This document shows, piece by piece, positions 60,041-64,000 of a stretch of DNA of 64,000 bases. Both the position numbers and the translations under genes were made by a program. The first letter of the stretch is position 1. Every line of letters starts with the position of its first letter. Under the pieces are notes generated by a model. That model saw only the letters and a list, made by a program, of their open reading frames with translations. It was not told the DNA's origin and did not search any database. This DNA is from an uncultured Acidobacteriota bacterium (lineage in GTDB: Bacteria; Acidobacteriota; Vicinamibacteria; Vicinamibacterales; CAVVIG01), in assembly GCA_963814975.1 (NCBI GenBank), contig CAWFFB010000010.1:1-64000 (forward strand), written 5' to 3'.

Positions 60041-60767
60041 GCGCGCGCACCTGCGCGACCCCACCTTCCTTCAGCGCGCGCGCACACGCTTCGAGCGTCG
60101 CACCGGTCGTGCTGACGTCATCGACCAGGAGCACGGTTTTCCCGATGAGCCGACGGGCGGTACGCGTCAACCGAAAGGCGCCGCGCACGTTCCCGTGGCG
60201 ACGCCCGGCCGGGAGGCTGGACTGCGCCGAGGTTGCACGGATGCGTTGCAGCGCCGGGTAGACCGGAACGCGCAGCCGCCGGGCCAGATCGGCGGCCTGG
60301 TTGAACCCGCGCTCCCTTCGCCGCGACGGGTGGAGCGGCACGGCGACAGCGGCGTCGACCCCGTCGAGAAGATCCCTGCCTCGCTCGCGCATCAGCGCGG
60401 CCAGCGGCCCGGCAAGCGATCGCCGCCCGTCGTACTTCAGCGCGTGGACGATGGATCGAAGCGCCCCCTCGTACGCGCCGATCGCGCGGGATCGGTCGAC
60501 GTGCCGGCGCGTACGCCGGCATCGGGTGCACCGGGCCAACGGCATGCTCATCGTGCGCCACGTCGCCAGGGGATCGCCGCAACCATCGCAGAGTGGCGGG
60601 GTCAGCGGTAGAATCGATCGCCAGCAGGTCGAACACACGGGACCGCCGGTCGGGTGATCGAGGAGCGCGTTACAGCCCGCGCACGCGGGGGCGAACAGGA
60701 CGGCCAGCAGCGCGTCGCAGAACTGCACGCACGCCATTCCAAGCCGTAGCGCTTGCCATTCTCCCAT
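60006..60767 (-). CDS. ComF-family phosphoribosyltransferase-domain protein
   Basis: 253-aa intact ORF with N-terminal Cys pairs (CAGCNALL...CSTCW...CDGCGDPL...CTRCRR) and a C-terminal PRTase motif (VLLVDDVSTTGATLEA). Confidence 0.75.
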   Translation of the reverse strand: MGEWQALRLGMACVQFCDALLAVLFAPACAGCNALLDHPTGGPVCSTCWRSILPLTPPLCDGCGDPLATWRTMSMPLARCTRCRRTRRHVDRSRAIGAYEGALRSIVHALKYDGRRSLAGPLAALMRERGRDLLDGVDAAVAVPLHPSRRRERGFNQAADLARRLRVPVYPALQRIRATSAQSSLPAGRRHGNVRGAFRLTRTARRLIGKTVLLVDDVSTTGATLEACARALKEGGVAQVRALTAARVVTRQR

Positions 60768-60965
60768 GACGCCTTCCGGCTGATGCCGAGCGGCTTTGCC
60801 ACCTCGGTCTGATTCCTGCGAACATGATTCAGTTCCCGCGCGACCGCATGCCTGCCGGTGCCGATTTCGCCGGGGGGAGCACGTTTTGAATCGGTGACAG
60901 CGAATCGGCGGACCTGTTCGCGGAGCGCGCGCATTGCGCGGCTGTCCGCAATGAACCGTTCGGCG

Positions 60966-61340
60966 TCACGCTCGTGGCTCGATCTGCTCCGCACTGCCCC
61001 ACAGGCGCTCGAGACCGTAGAAGAGACGCGTCCCGGGCGAGAACACGTGGACGATGAAATCGAAGTAGTCGATCAGAATCCATTCGGATCGGTCGTAGCC
61101 CTCGACATGCGCGGGCTTCACGCCCTCGGCGGCCAGGGCCGCCATCACGCCGTCGGCGATCGCCCGGATCTGCCGGGCGTTGCTGCCGGACGCCAGGATG
61201 AAGTAGTCGGTGAACCCGCCAGCCTTCCGCAGGTCGAGGACGACGAGATTCAGCGCCTGCTTGTCTTCGGCGGCGGAAATCGCGACGTCGATCTGTTTCG
61301 GAAGACGCGCCGCCTTACGGCGTTTCTCAACTTTGGCCAT
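60966..61340 (-). CDS. rsfS: ribosome silencing factor RsfS/Iojap
   Basis: [65 protein letters not shown]...IDYFDFIVHVF. It is the internal Met of ORF 60966..61508. Confidence 0.8.
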   Translation of the reverse strand: MAKVEKRRKAARLPKQIDVAISAAEDKQALNLVVLDLRKAGGFTDYFILASGSNARQIRAIADGVMAALAAEGVKPAHVEGYDRSEWILIDYFDFIVHVFSPGTRLFYGLERLWGSAEQIEPRA

Positions 61341-62064
61341 GCAACCTGCCTGCCGCGGCGTCCGCCGAACGCTCGTCCTCGCGTCGGCCCGGCACCGTCG
61401 CTGTATAGAGGTAATGCTGTTCAATGTGTTGTTGGACGTCAGGCTCAACCAGCCCCGCGATCGGCTGACCATCCGCGAGCCGCGCCCGGATCGCAGTAGA
61501 TGACACATCCGCGGTGGGCGCCTCGATCAAAAAGATCACACACGCGCCGTGCACGTCAGGATCGAGTACGGGTGTCATGCGTCCGCCGAGATCCGGCAGG
61601 TGCTGCGGCAGATCGATCACTGGGCATCCCGGGCGCGAAACAACCGCGAAGTGCGCCTGATCCAGAATGTCCGGATAGTCCTTCCACGAGCCGATCTCGA
61701 TGAACGCATCGGCGCCGATCAGGAAAAACAATTCCGACGGAGCGAAGCCGCGCTCGTGAAAACGACGCAGGGTCAGGGACGTATACGAGGGGGCATCGTG
61801 GCCGAGCTCGACGTCGGTGGCTTGCCATCCGGCCCGGCCCCCCACCGTCAGTGCGACCATCGCAAACCGGTGATACGAGGAGGCGATCGGCTGCGGCCGG
61901 TGTGGCGGGATGTGGGTCGGGACCACGAACACTTGCGCCAGGCCGAGGGCGGATTGGGCCGCACGGCCCAGGTCGACGTGCCCGCGATGAATCGGGTCGA
62001 AGGTGCCGCCAAGAATGCCGATGCGGCGGGGCGGCAGGCGCTGCGTGCCTGAACGCTGCGTCAT
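61327..62064 (-). CDS. nadD: nicotinate-nucleotide adenylyltransferase
   Basis: [33 protein letters not shown]... (the (H/T)xGH motif) and ...SSTAIRARL (the ISSTxIR motif). Confidence 0.85.
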   Translation of the reverse strand: MTQRSGTQRLPPRRIGILGGTFDPIHRGHVDLGRAAQSALGLAQVFVVPTHIPPHRPQPIASSYHRFAMVALTVGGRAGWQATDVELGHDAPSYTSLTLRRFHERGFAPSELFFLIGADAFIEIGSWKDYPDILDQAHFAVVSRPGCPVIDLPQHLPDLGGRMTPVLDPDVHGACVIFLIEAPTADVSSTAIRARLADGQPIAGLVEPDVQQHIEQHYLYTATVPGRREDERSADAAAGRLHGQS

Positions 62065-63098
62065 GGAACAAGTGTAGACGACTGGCGTTCGGCAAGCAGC
62101 CGATGCCACGCCGCTTCGAGCAGCTGCGCGACTCCTTGTCCGCTGACGGCGGAGATCCTGAAGAAGGGCAGGTGCAGCGCTTCCGCCCGGCGGGCGACCG
62201 CCGCCACACGGCTTTCGTCGTCGACTGCGTCGATCTTGTTCGCGGCTACCAGTTGTGGCTTGGCCGCCAGTTCCGGCCGGAACAGCTCCAGTTCGCGGCG
62301 GATGGTGTCGAGGTCGCTGACCGGATCACGGCCGCTCGCGCCGCTGATGTCGACGAGATGGACGAGTACCTTCGTGCGTTCGAGGTGGCGCAGGAACTGA
62401 TGTCCAAGACCCAGGCCGCGGTGGGCGCCTTCGATTAAGCCCGGGACATCGGCGACCACGAAGCTGCGATCCTCGCTCAGGCTGACGACGCCGAGGTTGG
62501 GCGTGAGCGTCGTGAAGGGATACTCGGCGATTTTCGGCCGCGCCGCCGAGATGCGCGCGATGAGCGTCGACTTGCCCGCGTTGGGGAAACCCACGAGTCC
62601 GACATCCGCGAGCAACTTCAGTTCGAGCCGGAGATCCTTGACTTCACCGGGTTCGCCCGGCTGCACCTTGCGCGGCGCCCGGTTCGTGGAGGTCGCGAAA
62701 TGCGCGTTGCCGAGGCCCCCGCGGCCGCCTTGCGCCACCAGCACCCGCTGGCCCTCTTCCGCGAGATCAGCGAGCAGCCGGTACGGGTGAGCCGGATCGT
62801 TCGTCTTCTCATGAACCAGCGTACCGACCGGAACCGGCAAGTCGAGATCTCCGCCGGTGCGGCCCGTCCGGTTGGACCCTTCGCCGTGACCGCCGCGTGG
62901 GGCGCTGAATTCAGGATGGAACCGATAGTGGATGAGGGTGTTGGTATGCGGACTGGCGACGATGTAGACCGAGCCGCCGTGTCCGCCATCGCCGCCGCTC
63001 GGCCCGCCGCGCGGCACTCGCTTTTCGCGCCGGAACGCGAGGCACCCGCGGCCCCCGTCGCCGGCCGCGATGTGAATGTCGACCTCGTCAACGAACAT
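62061..63098 (-). CDS. obg: GTPase Obg/CgtA
   Basis: [45 protein letters not shown]... (Obg fold) followed by the G domain ([27 protein letters not shown]). Intact, 345 aa. Confidence 0.9.
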   Translation of the reverse strand: MFVDEVDIHIAAGDGGRGCLAFRREKRVPRGGPSGGDGGHGGSVYIVASPHTNTLIHYRFHPEFSAPRGGHGEGSNRTGRTGGDLDLPVPVGTLVHEKTNDPAHPYRLLADLAEEGQRVLVAQGGRGGLGNAHFATSTNRAPRKVQPGEPGEVKDLRLELKLLADVGLVGFPNAGKSTLIARISAARPKIAEYPFTTLTPNLGVVSLSEDRSFVVADVPGLIEGAHRGLGLGHQFLRHLERTKVLVHLVDISGASGRDPVSDLDTIRRELELFRPELAAKPQLVAANKIDAVDDESRVAAVARRAEALHLPFFRISAVSGQGVAQLLEAAWHRLLAERQSSTLVP

Positions 63099-63109
63099 CG
63101 AATTTGATC

Positions 63110-63170
63110 ATTGGATCATGGGTCGTCGGGTCATTGATTGAGGCGGGCGATCAATGACCCGATGTCCAGA
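63110..63170 (-). promoter_or_regulatory. perfect 12-bp inverted repeat (cgggtcattgat / atcaatgacccg, 11-nt loop) in the rpmA-obg intergenic spacer
   Basis: The + strand at about 63121-63160 reads gtcgtcgggtcattgattgaggcgggcgatcaatgacccgatg. It is flanked by a second short dyad (tgatcattggatca). It could be an RNA stem-loop (processing or attenuation site) or a protein operator. No U-tract follows. Confidence 0.3.
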
Positions 63171-63187
63171 TGACCGGATGACCAGTT

Positions 63188-63445
63188 CTATTCGAGGGGG
63201 CTGATGCTGATGACGCGGCCGTGGGCGCCATGATTCTCGAACTTCACCCGTCCCGCGATCTTCGCGAAGATGGTGTCGTCCTTGCCGAGGCCGGCGTTCA
63301 GCCCCGCCCGAAACCGGCGTCCGCGCTGGCGGACGATGATCGTGCCCCCGGACACGACATTGCCGTCATGCGCCTTGACGCCGAGCCGCTGCGAGTTCGA
63401 GTCGCGGCCGTTACGGGAGCTGCCTTGTCCTTTTTTGTGAGCCAT
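63188..63445 (-). CDS. rpmA: 50S ribosomal protein L27
   Basis: [50 protein letters not shown]. Canonical L27. Confidence 0.9.
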   Translation of the reverse strand: MAHKKGQGSSRNGRDSNSQRLGVKAHDGNVVSGGTIIVRQRGRRFRAGLNAGLGKDDTIFAKIAGRVKFENHGAHGRVISISPLE

Positions 63446-63558
63446 AGCTGTGATCCATAACTTGGTGAGCTGGTAATTGGCGAGCTGGTGAATGAATTAA
63501 CCGGGTTCTTTCAACAGCAGCACATCACTCGCCCATCTCCAATTCTGCAAGTCCCGTT

Positions 63559-63873
63559 TCAGAATGTGATGTCCGTGATGCGCACGCGCGTGTAGGTGGC
63601 GCGATGCCCTTTGGTGCGCCGCATGCCTTTACGGCGTTTCTTCTTGAAGACGCGGATCTTTGGTCCGCGCGTCTCGCCATCCACCACGCCGACGATGCGA
63701 ACGTCGGCGACGAACGGCGCGCCGGCCACGACCTCGCCGCCGTCCTTTTCGACGAGCAGCACCTGATCGAACGTCAGCTCGGCACCGGGTTCTCCGGCGG
63801 TCCCGTCCACCGTGATCACCCCACCGGGCGTCACCTTCACCTGACGGCCACCCGCCTGCACGATTGCATACAT
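63559..63873 (-). CDS. rplU: 50S ribosomal protein L21
   Basis: MYAIVQAGGRQVKVTPGGVITVD...RVFKKKRRKGMRRTKGHRATYTRVRITDI, the internal Met of ORF 63559..63906. This completes the conserved rplU-rpmA-obg-nadD-rsfS order. Confidence 0.9.
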   Translation of the reverse strand: MYAIVQAGGRQVKVTPGGVITVDGTAGEPGAELTFDQVLLVEKDGGEVVAGAPFVADVRIVGVVDGETRGPKIRVFKKKRRKGMRRTKGHRATYTRVRITDITF

Positions 63874-64000
63874 ATTCAGCACCTGACCAAAGGGAGCAGT
63901 GTACAACCGAAGTGACTGGCTTGTAAACAGTTACAGGTCGACTTTGTGATGTCGCGGTTCGGCTGAGCGAATGAGTGGGCATCCTTGCCACCAGCCATCG

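Overview
High-GC (about 65-70%) bacterial chromosomal segment, with a visibly lower-GC stretch at about 33.1-38.9 kb. Working from the ORF track and my own reading of both strands, I see the following blocks.

- 0.2-4.9 kb: a polysaccharide-biosynthesis locus in which almost every gene is broken by frameshifts. It holds a lipoprotein, a WbaP-like sugar phosphotransferase, an RsbW/RsbV-like partner-switching pair, a GT4 glycosyltransferase and a Wzz-like protein.
- 5.0-19.3 kb: a catabolic/uptake cluster. It holds an N-terminally truncated TPP enzyme, a class I cytochrome c, CoxG/CoxM/CoxS/CoxL-like molybdenum hydroxylase subunits, an amidohydrolase_2 protein, a secreted amidase, a TctC binding protein, a UbiD-family decarboxylase and a TctA-TctB fusion.
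- 19.7-28.9 kb: PBP1A and a patch of poorly characterised genes (a possible NDT/TIR-like fold protein, a Tat-cupin, convergent zinc-ribbon proteins and an SPFH-zinc-ribbon protein), plus an M23 peptidase and an L,D-transpeptidase.
- 29.0-32.6 kb: UspA, MntH and a secreted NHL propeller.
- 32.7-40.5 kb: a lower-GC island flanked by two paralogous excisionase-type HTH genes. It carries a 900-aa sigma54 activator with a TPR-like N-terminus, a membrane HD-GYP/GAF/GGDEF-like protein and an S8 subtilisin with ten tandem nonapeptide repeats encoded by a 27-bp DNA repeat array.
- 40.8-45.4 kb: a peptide-type ABC transporter (binding protein and two permeases, no ATPase) and a DHDPS-family lyase.
- 45.5-63.9 kb: housekeeping genes (mtgA, NlpC/P60, HNH, an amino-acid permease, uvrA, lpxC, a radical SAM enzyme, an ECF sigma factor with a STAS protein, lysA, tmk, comF, rsfS, nadD, obg, rpmA, rplU).

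Many genes carry internal frameshifts, so all coordinates of broken genes are approximate. No rRNA, tRNA or CRISPR array was recognised.
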